Below are positions 52,367 to 61,254 of a DNA stretch of 61,254 nucleotides, one piece after another. Position 1 is the first letter of the stretch, and each line of letters begins with the position of its first letter. The stretch spans positions 1 through 61,254 of the forward strand of contig JAZQTB010000079.1 of the NCBI GenBank assembly GCA_045630425.1, read 5' to 3'. The notes under the pieces were generated by a model. The model saw only the letters and a program-made list of their open reading frames with translations. It ran no database searches and was not told where the DNA came from. The translations under genes were made by a program, and so were the position numbers. Origin of the DNA: Kiritimatiellia bacterium. GTDB lineage: Bacteria; Verrucomicrobiota; Kiritimatiellia; RFP12; UBA1067.

Positions 52367-53806
52367 CTAGTTTTTTATAGACCGCTCATCTGTATGTTTT
52401 CGCTTATAGACACGTATCATATCAATTTGGGCTATTTCTTCAAACCCGTCTAAAACGAACGGCGCATGCCAGGCAAATGAAAAACGACCGCCGAATCGTG
52501 CGGCCCAGCTTTTGCGCTCCTCAGGAAGATAAGAATCCACTTGCGCTTTAAAAAGCACATACTTGCAGAAAAGGCCATAGGGTGTAAAACTTTGCTGATA
52601 TGGCGTATATGGGTCAAAATCCCGCAATACCGCAACATCGCATTTAGCCAAAACGGAAGCGAGTACATTCGTATCGTTCAAATCTGACGGTCTGGCAAAA
52701 CCTATCTGCCGCCATCCTAATTCTCTGCCGATATAGTATGTCGCGTGATCGGGAGCAAAAACCATTATTGGTCCAACACCAACTTCATTTTTCAATTTAT
52801 CCTTCAAATCGGCCGGCAAGGTAGGATATGAAAGAGCGAAGTGACCAATTGGACCTGTAAGTACTCCATATATAAACATAAGACATAAATAAATATTCAC
52901 AAATCGAGAACGATTCTTTTCGTAAAATTTAACTGCGTCAAGACACATAAAGGAAAAGAACGGAACAAGATACGCGATTCTAAAAGTATACAAGCCTGAT
53001 TTGGCAAAAATGCAAACAACTAAAACAAATGAAAGCGTCTGTGATATTTTACGTTCTTTAATCCAAATCACAAATCCAACGACGGACAACAGGGCAATCA
53101 TGGGAGATCTCGCTGCTTCCCGAGCAAAGGCAACTACGGCGGATACAAATGAAAACGAAGGTGTTGCAACCTCGCGATAATGGCGCGAAAACGCCGATAG
53201 ATAATCCGGCAAATTAAAAAGAACCGGAGAAAGTAAAAGCAAGAATGAAACGGCTGAAAAGACACAAAAAACAAAAAACTTATCACGGCTACTTCTATTA
53301 AAGCAAAACACTGGATACATTAAAAAAAGAACAGCTGCCGTAGGCCAGATAAAACACGAAAGAGTGGCGAAAAAAGCACCTCCAAAAATCTTAACTTTAG
53401 ATTTAACCGCATCTGGCGGACCTAATAATGCCAATGATGCAAAAACGCAAGCCAAAGACCAGGTATCGATTCGCGCTAAGAGTGAACATTGAAATAAGAG
53501 CGGAGAAAAAAGCAGCGACAATGAAAGAATAATACGGGTTTTAGTGCCGATATTTTCCTGATGAAGACGGACACTCCAGCAAACGAACGCGAGAAACAAT
53601 CCAAAATAAGGACTGAGGCGTACGCCGGTCTGTCCGAAACACCTGAAAAGCGATTCCTGAAATAAAGGACCGACGTAATTAAGAGGACGAAGAGAAACCT
53701 CTGAAAGTCCAAGAAGCGTTGAGGCGCCGCCTGAATCACCTTCGAGAAACAGACGCCCCATTTCAACGATGTAGGTTTCATCTAACCATGGAATTAAATC
53801 TAACAT
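52367..53806 (-). CDS. GT-C-type (ArnT/PMT-like) polytopic membrane protein
   Basis: About 10 TM helices. N-terminal LDETYIVEMGRLFLEG resembles the first-loop DE..Y....EM motif of ArnT-like GT-C enzymes, but no TM helix precedes it. Markedly AT-rich. Confidence 0.55.
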   Translation of the reverse strand: MLDLIPWLDETYIVEMGRLFLEGDSGGASTLLGLSEVSLRPLNYVGPLFQESLFRCFGQTGVRLSPYFGLFLAFVCWSVRLHQENIGTKTRIILSLSLLFSPLLFQCSLLARIDTWSLACVFASLALLGPPDAVKSKVKIFGGAFFATLSCFIWPTAAVLFLMYPVFCFNRSSRDKFFVFCVFSAVSFLLLLSPVLFNLPDYLSAFSRHYREVATPSFSFVSAVVAFAREAARSPMIALLSVVGFVIWIKERKISQTLSFVLVVCIFAKSGLYTFRIAYLVPFFSFMCLDAVKFYEKNRSRFVNIYLCLMFIYGVLTGPIGHFALSYPTLPADLKDKLKNEVGVGPIMVFAPDHATYYIGRELGWRQIGFARPSDLNDTNVLASVLAKCDVAVLRDFDPYTPYQQSFTPYGLFCKYVLFKAQVDSYLPEERKSWAARFGGRFSFAWHAPFVLDGFEEIAQIDMIRVYKRKHTDERSIKN

Positions 53807-53809
53807 TTA

Positions 53810-55444
53810 TCATTCAAGAAGATTAGCGCCGTCGAAGATAAACTCACCTGAATATCCGGGGAATCCAATGTCATTCTTCGGTATGCAAACAAAGACTTTG
53901 TACTGCAATACATCGTTGAAGATCGGAATTAAAATTGCAGAAACTTTGTAACGCCCCCCTTTTATCGTACAGCGAACATCGACTTGGGCGTTTTTACCAA
54001 TGTTAAAAACAAAATCATTGCCATGTTCTGTAATACGGCACGTTTTCCCATCAAGCAACTCAGCCTCAGACTTCCACTCATCATTTGAATCCCATTCGAT
54101 CCTATACGCGTCAAACTCATCGGCATATACACCGTTTGGAGTAATAGTCAACAACACGTCAAAGGACTTCTTATTGCGAGTTTTTTTTGCTTTTACTTTA
54201 CAAACTCCCTTATCCAAATCTATCTCAGTGAAATTATACGCTTCAATAGACCACACACCTTCAATTGTAGTCATTCGGCCAGCCAAAATGCCATCCTTAT
54301 CTACAATGAACAAAACAGAATTATTCTTGCTGCCTCCCGCAAAAGACCCATAAGCCCAATCAGGCAATGCCTCTATCGTCACTTTTTTTCGCACAACTGA
54401 AGTTTTGCCATCGCGCGTTATTTTAATTAGAACGTTAAACCGACCCAACTTTGCGGGAATGCCGGTGAACTTTCTTTCTTTGGTATTGAATTTCACGCCG
54501 TCAGGAAGGCCTGAAACTTCAATAGAAACATCCTTAACATAAGGCAAAGCGTCATCAGTCAATGCCGTCCCCAGAAACCATTTAGCCTCCTTAGCGGCCC
54601 TATCCTTTAATGATTTTTCTGCCGCTAACGCCGGACCGTTCTTAAATTTATATACCTTCTTTTCAAAAGTGTTTTTACTTCCAACAACCTTTAACGAATC
54701 CGTTGTCCAAATCTTAAACTCGTCAATTTCGTAATCGGAATGATTTTGACCTTGTTCATGAAACTCTCTGGCGAAAAATAAAATCAAAGGAGAAGACATC
54801 AACTCACGATACCGATCCAAAGAATCATTCTCTGCATTAGCATTATTCATAGACAATATCTGAGCACCATCCAAATATACCCTGGCGATATCATCACTCC
54901 CGGAAATGCCACTCATATTCCACTGTACGGCATAATGATGCCAGGCCTTGGAATTACCATCGGCAAAACACGTCTTATAATCTAAATGCCAACCAAAACG
55001 GGGAAGTGACGTTACCCAGCCTAAATGATTAAACCGAAAATACCAACCGCTTTTGGCGATTCCGTTGTTAGCGTTTATTTCAAACGCCATAACCATTTTA
55101 TTCGTCTCGGCTGCATCAAAAACAGAAAAAAATGTCGGGTCCCCGGCCGGCTGGTACCAAGAACGGTTATTGTTTATTTTCGCATAAAACTCGATAATGC
55201 CTTTTTCTGCCGGCAATCCCTTCGGCAACAAAAAACCAACCGTCCCTCCGCCTTCTTTTATCAGCAGAGCACGACCATTCACACCGTCGGTAAAAACCAA
55301 TTCCCGCGCAGCAACACCTTGTTTGCCGATTTCAGGCGACAATACCGAACGCCGAGTATCCAATGATGTATAAAAAACAATATCCGCCGCTGAAAAAAGA
55401 ACAAAAGGACAGAAAAGAAAAAGTAAAATTAAACTTTTTTTCAC
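53810..55444 (-). CDS. secreted protein with an N-terminal ConA-like lectin/LamG-like domain
   Basis: GTG start overlapping the upstream stop. Signal peptide MKKSLILLFLFCPFVLFSA. DGVNGRALLIKEGGGTVGF..WHHYAVQW..VYLDG pattern (weak family call). AT-rich. Confidence 0.55.
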   Translation of the reverse strand: MKKSLILLFLFCPFVLFSAADIVFYTSLDTRRSVLSPEIGKQGVAARELVFTDGVNGRALLIKEGGGTVGFLLPKGLPAEKGIIEFYAKINNNRSWYQPAGDPTFFSVFDAAETNKMVMAFEINANNGIAKSGWYFRFNHLGWVTSLPRFGWHLDYKTCFADGNSKAWHHYAVQWNMSGISGSDDIARVYLDGAQILSMNNANAENDSLDRYRELMSSPLILFFAREFHEQGQNHSDYEIDEFKIWTTDSLKVVGSKNTFEKKVYKFKNGPALAAEKSLKDRAAKEAKWFLGTALTDDALPYVKDVSIEVSGLPDGVKFNTKERKFTGIPAKLGRFNVLIKITRDGKTSVVRKKVTIEALPDWAYGSFAGGSKNNSVLFIVDKDGILAGRMTTIEGVWSIEAYNFTEIDLDKGVCKVKAKKTRNKKSFDVLLTITPNGVYADEFDAYRIEWDSNDEWKSEAELLDGKTCRITEHGNDFVFNIGKNAQVDVRCTIKGGRYKVSAILIPIFNDVLQYKVFVCIPKNDIGFPGYSGEFIFDGANLLE

Positions 55445-57081
55445 GGTGATTTCCTTTTCTTTATGAGACCAAATGAAAAAAGAAGAACAGATATTGCCGA
55501 AATGACAGACATTAAACCTAAAATTAACGGTATGCGCTTAGGAGAGACCGGCTTAAGCGGTCTAACCGGCTCGAGAACCTGTATAAGTTTAGCATTAGGA
55601 TTTCCAAGCCAATCAGCCATCGGTACTATGTAACCTTCTTGAACCATTCTACGAACTGAAGGATGCTGAAGCTGCTGGATCGGAACTACCGCTAATTTAG
55701 ATGAACATTTCTTTTTAACCGCATTGGAATAATCAACCGGAGCGCAGTAATAATGCGCCTGCCATGCGAGATTTACGGTGCCTGCCACTACAAGAATTGC
55801 AACAACATTCCTGACCCACTTTCGTGATGAAAACATTCTCAGAACGTATTCGACGCCAAAACCCGAAAGTACAGCAATGCAAAACTCCGTCAAATGATGC
55901 CATTTAACGGGAGCGCGCAGATAATCACCAAACGGCAAAGCATAAACCAAGCGATAAACGGTTTCACAGTTTCTGCCAAGAGAAAAAAGCCAAAAAACGA
56001 TTGCTCCGATAAGAAAGAACGCAATATCGCAATGCACAAAATTGATCTTGTCATCATCGTTCTTCCTGCTTTTCGGAAGGAAAAATATCGCCGCCAAAGC
56101 AAAAAGACATGTTATAAAACCTACATATAATGAATGTTGCCGATAATTACCCTCTTTAGAGTTTATCGGTCGCCCCAACGCACCAGTATATAGGCTTGTA
56201 CCCTTTTCTTTATTTATCGAAAGAGTATACGGGCAACTGGTATCTCCCTGAAAACGCGGAATGATGAATTCAAGAGTATCCTCCAACGGCATGGACCAAT
56301 TTGTAACAAATATCCATCGTTTTTCGTTTTCATCCTCGACATTGCCGGTCATCACCGAACCGGACGCCTCTTCAATCTGCTTATCGCGCCCTGATAGATC
56401 GTTTGAAAACGCATGGTAAATACTCGGCGAAGCGATTATCAGAAAAACAAAAAATGCACTTATAAGTCCTTTTATCGGAAAAACCCTAAACGCTATAAGC
56501 CTGTACACCAAATAAAAGAATGTAAATACCGAAAACAAAAGCCAGACATCCGGTGCATAAAAACTCGCCCATGCAACACTTAAACCTAAAAGCAGCCAAT
56601 ATCGAAAACCTTTGCCGGAGACAGCTCTGTCTATAAGACCAAAAGCAAACACACCATAGCTCATCCAGATAAACCAGTTTCCGTGACCAGCTGAAAACAA
56701 TGTAAGCCAATACCCGGAAAAAGCCAGAAATAATCCGGCCGCGTACGAGGCCAACCGAGACAATCCTTTACCACGAAGAAACCACGCAAGAGCAACTGCG
56801 GACAGAAACGCCGGAACAACATATTTCAATTGACTGCACGAAACAGGTGATATAATCAACCCGGACCACAAGAAATCTAAAGGATGGGCTTTGCCTGCTG
56901 TAAAAAACATGTTCCGCCAATTAAGAAGAGTATCTTCATAATCATACGGAAAAAATATTGCGTCATCTGGCGCGATAAAACCGACGCCATTAGACCACGT
57001 CCCCCAAAAAACGATACTCGCCGACACCGCAAAAATCGCAGTGAAGGCGAGAAACCATTTATGCTTCGATATAAGGCGCAT
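55441..57081 (-). CDS. YfhO-like (GT-C superfamily) polytopic membrane protein
   Basis: The start is taken at ATG 57081 (MRLISKHKWFLAF), which shares one nt with the ntpK stop. Many TM helices. The central loop WSMPLEDTLEFIIPRFQGD..YTGALG..YRQHSLYVGF resembles YfhO family proteins. AT-rich. The listed ORF start at 57432 is an out-of-frame shadow over ntpK. Confidence 0.6.
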   Translation of the reverse strand: MRLISKHKWFLAFTAIFAVSASIVFWGTWSNGVGFIAPDDAIFFPYDYEDTLLNWRNMFFTAGKAHPLDFLWSGLIISPVSCSQLKYVVPAFLSAVALAWFLRGKGLSRLASYAAGLFLAFSGYWLTLFSAGHGNWFIWMSYGVFAFGLIDRAVSGKGFRYWLLLGLSVAWASFYAPDVWLLFSVFTFFYLVYRLIAFRVFPIKGLISAFFVFLIIASPSIYHAFSNDLSGRDKQIEEASGSVMTGNVEDENEKRWIFVTNWSMPLEDTLEFIIPRFQGDTSCPYTLSINKEKGTSLYTGALGRPINSKEGNYRQHSLYVGFITCLFALAAIFFLPKSRKNDDDKINFVHCDIAFFLIGAIVFWLFSLGRNCETVYRLVYALPFGDYLRAPVKWHHLTEFCIAVLSGFGVEYVLRMFSSRKWVRNVVAILVVAGTVNLAWQAHYYCAPVDYSNAVKKKCSSKLAVVPIQQLQHPSVRRMVQEGYIVPMADWLGNPNAKLIQVLEPVRPLKPVSPKRIPLILGLMSVISAISVLLFSFGLIKKRKSP

Positions 57082-57539
57082 CACTTGATCGCACCGAGCG
57101 CGATAAGAGCGAAGACCATCGCGAAAATGGCGACCGTCTCCACGATGCCGAGCGCGGCGAGATAGTTGGTGAAGCCCTGGTTCGTCTCGGCCTGGGCGTC
57201 GCAGGCGGCGGCACCGGCGCGGCCCTGGAAGAGAGCCGAAAGACCGATGGCGAGACCGGCGAAAATACCGGCGACGAGAACGGGAACGCCCGAACCCGGA
57301 GCGACGTTGCCGACCTTGCCGAGCATGATAAACATAAGAATCATTCCGTAGAGCGTCTGGGTGATGGGAGCGCCCACGAACGAAAGAAGAAGGAACGGAG
57401 CGGGCTTGTTGGCCGCATAGCACTTCTTCCACGCGCCCACAGCCGCAGCAGCGGCATAACCCGTACCGAAAGCGCTGCCGGCACCGGCGAGACCCAAGCA
57501 GGCGATCGCGCCCGCGACTATCATTGCTGCATCACTCAT
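57081..57539 (-). CDS. ntpK: V/A-type ATPase proteolipid subunit K
   Basis: Four glycine/alanine-rich TM helices, with the ion-binding glutamate in GIVETVAIFAMV. Confidence 0.9.
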   Translation of the reverse strand: MSDAAMIVAGAIACLGLAGAGSAFGTGYAAAAAVGAWKKCYAANKPAPFLLLSFVGAPITQTLYGMILMFIMLGKVGNVAPGSGVPVLVAGIFAGLAIGLSALFQGRAGAAACDAQAETNQGFTNYLAALGIVETVAIFAMVFALIALGAIK

Positions 57540-57568
57540 TTCTTATCTCCTTCTTTTTATAGTGTTAA

Positions 57569-59206
57569 TTAAACTTTCTTACGTTTAAATGGATTATAGA
57601 GCACCCCAGACCATGTAACGCCCTTATGGTTGGAAAACTCCAATGTGTTAAGACGGACAGCATGAACAAGAATGGAAAGACCCGCCATCGCGAGATTGAG
57701 CGCGTGACCTATCACGAGAATCGCGACCATCGCGACGGACATCAACGCCTTGAGCCAGATTTCATCGGCACCGGCGACAAGCCCCGTAGCCATAGAGTTG
57801 AAGTTTTCGGCCACCTTAACAGACGCGAGACCTACGGCGAAAAGACGGACGTAGGAAATGATGTCGCCGAGCGCGCTCATGATGTTCAAAGGCAGCATTC
57901 CCAGTTCGGATCCGCGCGTTTTAAGTTCGGACGGTTTTACCGAAAAGAGGAACACGCCGGCGAGAGAGGCGTAAAAGACGTAAAAGCCCCATTGCGGAAT
58001 CGCCGGGAAAATTCCGACGATGGAATTCGTCACGAGATACATGAAAAGCAACACACCCGCCCAGCCGAACTCGGCGAGCGCGGTAGAATCGGGCAGACGG
58101 CACACGCCGTTCCAGATTCTGGCGAGCATCAGGTGGGATACGCCTATCGTGAAGCAGAGGAGCATCATGTTGTGATAGCTCGGATCGGCGAGCCACCGTG
58201 CGCTCGGCAGCGCTGAGAGCGCCGGTATCTGTGCGCCGAACCAGGTGTTCGAAAGAACGCCCCATACGACCGTCGACGCGGAGAACACGGTTAAAAGGAT
58301 GAACCAGCTGCGCGGCAGTTTTTTGCGCATCGCAAGCGTAGCGAGAAGGAATATCGATCCGTAGGCGCCGTCGCCGACGAGCATCGCGAAAAAGAGCGAG
58401 AAATAGCACATGAACGGCACCGAAACGTCGCTCTCGGTGTACGCGGGCGCGATGCCGAGCCCCTCGAAAAGCGTCTTCATCGGCCTGAAAAGCTTAGGCG
58501 GCTCCACTAAAGTGGGCGGCGTCTCGCCGTCGGCGGCCTCGCGGGTCAACAGCCCCCAGCCTTCTTTCGAGGCCGTCTTTTCAAGATCGCCCAACCGACG
58601 CGCCGGAATCCACCCGGAGATTACGCGGACGGCGCCTTTCTCGAGCATCAGCTCCTTGGCCGCCGCGAACGCGACGCGCTCGGACAGTTCCGGGAATGAC
58701 GCCATGATAAACTTCTCGTCACTTTCGGCGAGTCTGGCGAGATCATCCTCAATCGCATCAGCGAGTTCACGAGCATCGCCCTTCATCTCGCCGAGGCGCT
58801 TAGGAGGCAGAACTTCGGGAAGTTCTGCAACTCCCGCCAGATCGATGCCGCGATCGAGAAGTTTTCGGGCGAGTTCAGGATCGAAATCGCCGAAAGGCTC
58901 GTATTTCGCGATTTCGCGGTTCAGATCATCGAGGGAATCCTTTTTCGCTTCTATCGACTTGTTGAGGGAAAGCACCTCGGCGACGGTGCGTTCCACGGAA
59001 CCGCTCCCGCCCTTGGCGCGGGCTTTCAGGATAAAGCCGACGGCTTTCTCGGCATCGGCGGCATCGCCCTTCGCGGACGACACCCCGGCGCCCTGAGCGG
59101 AAGACAAATCCAGATGAACCGCCCCGAGAGAGCGCAACGCCTCCAGCGTCGAATCGGATTCTGCCGAAACGCACAGAAGATCGAGGTGAAGCATTCTGAC
59201 GATCAT
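57569..59206 (-). CDS. ntpI: V/A-type ATPase subunit I (a)
   Basis: N-terminal soluble coiled region, then ~7 TM helices with ISYVRLFAVGLAS and ILVHAVRLNTLEF motifs typical of subunit I/a. Confidence 0.85.
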   Translation of the reverse strand: MIVRMLHLDLLCVSAESDSTLEALRSLGAVHLDLSSAQGAGVSSAKGDAADAEKAVGFILKARAKGGSGSVERTVAEVLSLNKSIEAKKDSLDDLNREIAKYEPFGDFDPELARKLLDRGIDLAGVAELPEVLPPKRLGEMKGDARELADAIEDDLARLAESDEKFIMASFPELSERVAFAAAKELMLEKGAVRVISGWIPARRLGDLEKTASKEGWGLLTREAADGETPPTLVEPPKLFRPMKTLFEGLGIAPAYTESDVSVPFMCYFSLFFAMLVGDGAYGSIFLLATLAMRKKLPRSWFILLTVFSASTVVWGVLSNTWFGAQIPALSALPSARWLADPSYHNMMLLCFTIGVSHLMLARIWNGVCRLPDSTALAEFGWAGVLLFMYLVTNSIVGIFPAIPQWGFYVFYASLAGVFLFSVKPSELKTRGSELGMLPLNIMSALGDIISYVRLFAVGLASVKVAENFNSMATGLVAGADEIWLKALMSVAMVAILVIGHALNLAMAGLSILVHAVRLNTLEFSNHKGVTWSGVLYNPFKRKKV

Positions 59207-59820
59207 TGCGCCTCCTCCCCGGAATTGACCGCGGGCGTTCTCGACTTGGCGATCTTGCCGCGCGTGACGGCGGCGGTCTGCTCGTCGCCGAGAGCGATTT
59301 TTATGACGCGTATCGCCTCTTTGCAGTCGGGAATCTTAACCTTCTCGAAAAGGTTCACGCGCTGGGAGGTCTGATGAAGCTCGATCGTGACGAGACGGCG
59401 CTGCTCTTCGAAAACGGCGCGCTCGCACTGCAAAGTCAGAATCCGCGTCGTCGCGTCAACCGCGTCGTCCACCCACGCCGGCGTATCCCAGAGATCGACC
59501 TCTTTAACGTCGGTCTCGATCGAATCGAAAGTCGGAATGGCGACACCGGCGATGTTCGCCTCGCCCGTATTGACCGATTTGACCTTGACAAGACCGGAAA
59601 GCAGTTCCTCGTCGGTCGCGAAAAGTCCGACCCACTTCTCGAGAGAGGCGCGCACTTCGCGCTCCTTGGCGCTCGCTTCGTCGGCCTTCGCGGAAATGAG
59701 CGCGATTTCGCCCTGGAGCTGCTGCTTCTTTAGCTGCAACATGGGAAGAAAGCGCTGAAAACGCTTGAGTGCGTCCGTCTGCGCCTTTAATTCCGTTTTT
59801 GTCAGCTTTATGCGTGCCAT
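59203..59820 (-). CDS. ntpD: V/A-type ATPase subunit D
   Basis: MARIKLTKTELKAQTDALKRFQRFLPMLQLKKQQL is a typical subunit D N-terminus. 205 aa, coiled coil. Confidence 0.9.
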   Translation of the reverse strand: MARIKLTKTELKAQTDALKRFQRFLPMLQLKKQQLQGEIALISAKADEASAKEREVRASLEKWVGLFATDEELLSGLVKVKSVNTGEANIAGVAIPTFDSIETDVKEVDLWDTPAWVDDAVDATTRILTLQCERAVFEEQRRLVTIELHQTSQRVNLFEKVKIPDCKEAIRVIKIALGDEQTAAVTRGKIAKSRTPAVNSGEEAQ

Positions 59821-59878
59821 AGATTGAAAGTTATTTTACATTTTTTTATGCGAACTTTCAAGTGTGGAGATGCTTTTT

Positions 59879-60442
59879 TTAAAATCTGTCGCTTCCTGCG
59901 ACCTTGCCGAGCAATCCGGCGAGAAGCGGATTTTTAGCAGATATCTCTTCAGCCGTAAGTCCGTCGATTTCGTGCGGAAAGACGATCCATTCCCCGCCCG
60001 TGTCCGCCGTGAAGATGTCGGGCTTGAGATCCGTCGTATTGTTCGCGCTCTTCCAGTAGACGACCGCCAGTTTCATTTCGGCGCCGCAACTCTCCATGCG
60101 CGCTTTAATCGCCCTGGCGGATTTACCGGTGTCGAAAACATCGTCGACGACGAGAACCCTGTCGCCGGGCCGGATCATCGCGAAAACCTCGTCGCCGAGG
60201 GTAAAGGCGACATCTCCGGCGTTCTCGCCGATCCCGGTGTAACTGGCGCATTTAAGCGGAATATGATCGACGTTCCAGCCGGTGGCCTTAAAGAATTCAT
60301 GAACGGAAATGCCGACGGTCGCCCCGCCGCGCCAGAGCGCGATTATCATATCGGGCTTCCACCCGGAAGAACGCGCCTTCGCCGCAAGCCGCCAGATATC
60401 CTCCTGGAACTTATCGGGCGAAATATATTTTTTAGGAATCAT
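59879..60442 (-). CDS. purine phosphoribosyltransferase (Gpt/Hpt-like)
   Basis: PRPP-binding motif RVLVVDDVFDTGKS. About 187 aa. Confidence 0.8.
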   Translation of the reverse strand: MIPKKYISPDKFQEDIWRLAAKARSSGWKPDMIIALWRGGATVGISVHEFFKATGWNVDHIPLKCASYTGIGENAGDVAFTLGDEVFAMIRPGDRVLVVDDVFDTGKSARAIKARMESCGAEMKLAVVYWKSANNTTDLKPDIFTADTGGEWIVFPHEIDGLTAEEISAKNPLLAGLLGKVAGSDRF

Positions 60443-60443
60443 T

Positions 60444-60974
60444 TCATTTTCCCGGATAACGCACCAGTGAAATCACGTCATACTTTCCGAGCACGGCGTT
60501 GCGGGCGTCGAATCCCTCAAGCTCGATGGGGAAAAGAATCCTGACGACCTCTCCGCCGAGACGTTCGACAAGCTTCGCCGCCGCGAGAGCCGTGCCGCCC
60601 GTCGCGAGAAGATCGTCGACGACAACGACTTTCTCCCCCTTTGCTACAGCGTCGGAATGGATATGAAGCGTAGCCTCGCCGTATTCGAGCGCGTATGACT
60701 CCGAAATCGTCTCGCGCGGAAGTTTGCCCGGCTTGCGTATCGGAACGAAAGGCACTTTAAGTCTATCGGCAAGAGCCGCGCCGAAGATGAACCCGCGCGA
60801 TTCCGGCGCGGCTATTTTATCGATCTTTACGCCGTTAAGCCGGGTTTGAAGTCCGTCGAGAGCGATCTGAAAGCCCTCCGCCGAATCTAAAATACCCGTC
60901 ACGTCGCGGAATAAAATCCCTTTGACGGGAAAATCGGGAATCGACTTTATGTATTTTTCCAGTTCGTGGGTCAT
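60444..60974 (-). CDS. apt: adenine phosphoribosyltransferase
   Basis: IPDFPVKGILFRDVT, ESRGFIFG and KVVVVDDLLATGGT motifs. Confidence 0.9.
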   Translation of the reverse strand: MTHELEKYIKSIPDFPVKGILFRDVTGILDSAEGFQIALDGLQTRLNGVKIDKIAAPESRGFIFGAALADRLKVPFVPIRKPGKLPRETISESYALEYGEATLHIHSDAVAKGEKVVVVDDLLATGGTALAAAKLVERLGGEVVRILFPIELEGFDARNAVLGKYDVISLVRYPGK

Positions 60975-60992
60975 CTTAAATCACCTTTCTGT

Positions 60993-61254
60993 TCACTGTA
61001 CGGGCCTGCCGCTTAAAAGCGAAATATACCAGTTCAGAAATTCCTGTCCGAAAAACATCCACGCCAAGCAACCGGCGCAAAGATACGGACCGAACGGTAT
61101 CGCCGTAAAGCCACCGAGTCTGGTCTTGCTCAACGCTATCATCGCAACGCCCACGACGGAACCGAAAAGAGACGAAAGAATAAGCGTTACCATTACGGCC
61201 TTCCATCCGAAAATCGCACCTATCGCGCCCATGAGAAAAACATCCCCGAGCCCC
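60993..61254 (-). CDS. pilD: prepilin peptidase (A24 family), C-terminal part; the gene continues beyond the window
   Basis: The reverse translation from the window edge reads GLGDVFLMGAIGAIFGW (second catalytic Asp motif GxGDxK-like), then ..IPFGPYLCAG. Confidence 0.8.
   Translation of the reverse strand, partial: GLGDVFLMGAIGAIFGWKAVMVTLILSSLFGSVVGVAMIALSKTRLGGFTAIPFGPYLCAGCLAWMFFGQEFLNWYISLLSGRPVQ

Noticed and set aside
57082-57432. N-terminal 117 codons of the listed ORF 55441..57432
   Set aside because: They overlap ntpK out of frame and translate to an Arg-rich nonsense sequence. The hydrophobic protein begins at ATG 57081, coincident with the composition shift and the ntpK stop.
60976-61206. 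76-aa minus-strand ORF overlapping the prepilin peptidase frame
   Set aside because: It is an alternative frame of the pilD C-terminal region. The 60993.. frame carries the GLGDVF..IPFGPYL peptidase motifs.

Overview
This is a 61.3-kb bacterial chromosomal segment, mostly GC-rich. I saw no rRNA, CRISPR array, transposase or integrase, and only one tRNA, tRNA-Ala(GGC). Gene content suggests an anaerobic member of the PVC group (Lentisphaerota, Kiritimatiellota or Verrucomicrobiota-like). The pointers are a ~670-aa GreA, V-type ATPase D-I-K genes, a PilMN/PilO/secretin module with a charged coiled-coil tail, a prepilin peptidase, rubrerythrin plus reverse rubrerythrin, and a MetH without the reactivation domain. 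This taxonomic call is inference only. From 11.86 kb to the right edge every gene except fmt is on the minus strand. Genes there are packed with 1-4 nt stop/start overlaps: rarA, an aminotransferase, a NusG paralog, an M6-like protease, a NanM-like/SSS fusion, ruvA, ychF, a pilus/secretin module, an aroK-aroA-aroE fusion, miaA, lspA, a DksA-like protein, greA-like, metH, an exonuclease, an LpxC-like protein, tadA, rbr, revRbr, folC, a UbiA-like protein, a W-P repeat protein, a TPR membrane protein, metY, an ACP, an MBL hydrolase, ntpD-I-K, two phosphoribosyltransferases and pilD. Two regions look accessory. (1) The left 12 kb is a compositional mosaic (AT-rich, then GC-rich, then AT-rich). It holds an AbiEi/AbiEii pair, an XRE regulator, truncated mpg and sanA-like genes, duplicated structured intergenic elements, a 54-nt direct repeat at 2.86 and 11.8 kb, and a set of unknown lipoprotein and membrane genes. 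Those genes share recycled signal-peptide leaders, overlap-coupled mini-ORFs and short tandem repeats. (2) A visibly AT-rich three-gene block at 52.4-57.1 kb (YfhO-like, LamG-like and ArnT-like proteins) is spliced directly onto the stop codon of ntpK. All family calls come from motifs read in the translations. No database search was possible.
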